A stretch of DNA of 64,000 nucleotides from Balanoglossus misakiensis (taxonomy: Eukaryota; Animalia; Hemichordata): positions 4,138,303 through 4,202,302 of the forward strand of contig CM082582.2 in the NCBI GenBank assembly GCA_040954595.2, read 5' to 3'. The notes under the pieces were generated by a model. That model saw only the letters and a list, made by a program, of their open reading frames with translations, made no database searches and was not told the DNA's origin. Positions 63,309 to 64,000 of the stretch are shown here, piece after piece (position 1 is the stretch's first letter; every line of letters begins with the position of its first letter). Both the position numbers and the translations under genes were made by a program.

Positions 63309-63652
63309 TTATAACACACCATGCAGTGAACCCTCGATCGTGATTCGTCAATACGCCGTCACGTGACCTTAGTCATTTCGAACTGTTCCTAGGGCATCAG
63401 TTCGATCGGTTTCTGCCCGGTACTGTTGCCTGGATGTGGTCTGTGTCGTGTTTGGTGTGTTATAAAACACATGATGACTGGCATATTCGGGCAACAGTGT
63501 ATTTTTGATGACCTCGGGACTGCCAGTCACACCAAAACAGTCTGTTTTCCCTCGGGCTATGCCCTCGGAAAACAAGACTGTTTTAGGTTGTGAATAGCAG
63601 CACCCTCGGTCATCAAAATACACTGTTGCCCTCATTGTCAGTCATCATGTGT
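63309..63652. mobile_element. Double-hairpin non-autonomous element, copy C
   Basis: IR1 ttataacacacca at 63309-63321 / 63453-63465 (perfect 13 bp); hairpin 63467-63652 centred on CTCGggctatgccCTCG. Confidence 0.8.
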
Positions 63653-64000
63653 ATACTGTCCAACTTAGGGACCGTTCAGTTTTAACGTTTAGGGGGGGGG
63701 GGTCACATACTTTTGCCACCGAACTTTTGCTTTTGAGTCACAAAATTGCAGTTTCGCACCCTAAATTTTACAAAATTTTCTAATGTGGGAGGGGGACACC
63801 CCTCCCACACCCACCCCCTCCATTCTTCGCCACATTGCATTTATTCACTGGTTTGTCTAGTGTACCAGAGAAGACTTCTTGCCACCCCACCCCGATGCTT
63901 ACTTTGAGTGGAGTGGCAAAATTAAAATTTGTCCTCCCTAACATTGAGTTAATTTGCTTTTGAGTTCATTAAATTGCAACTTTGAGCACCATATTTTACA

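Overview
AT-rich animal genomic DNA, not prokaryotic. The intron style and repeat content suggest a marine invertebrate deuterostome such as an acorn worm (inference). One protein-coding gene dominates the + strand: a RUNX1T1/CBFA2T (ETO/MTG/nervy) co-repressor orthologue. I can splice it by hand with canonical GT-AG sites and consistent phases: 12152-12383 (candidate first coding exon), 41758-41925, 45961-46184, 47652-47741, 48055-48233, 48588-48877, 49255-49352, 49724-49937, 51064-51254 and 51639-51935, giving about 660 aa with NHR1/TAFH, NHR2, NHR3 and a MYND zinc finger. The ~29 kb first intron holds candidate alternative first exons, E-box/CSL/RUNX motif clusters, a decayed Rex1/Babar-type LINE and several MITEs. 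The ~2.8 kb putative 3' UTR carries paired miR-9 and miR-219 8-mer sites. Directly after the poly(A) signal lies an ~88-bp tandem array (about 29-30 units) that grades into a nested stack of non-autonomous transposons. The most unusual structure is three sequence-divergent elements sharing one double-hairpin architecture with regularly placed CTCG/CTCG mismatches. Almost all other ORFs in the supplied track are spurious.
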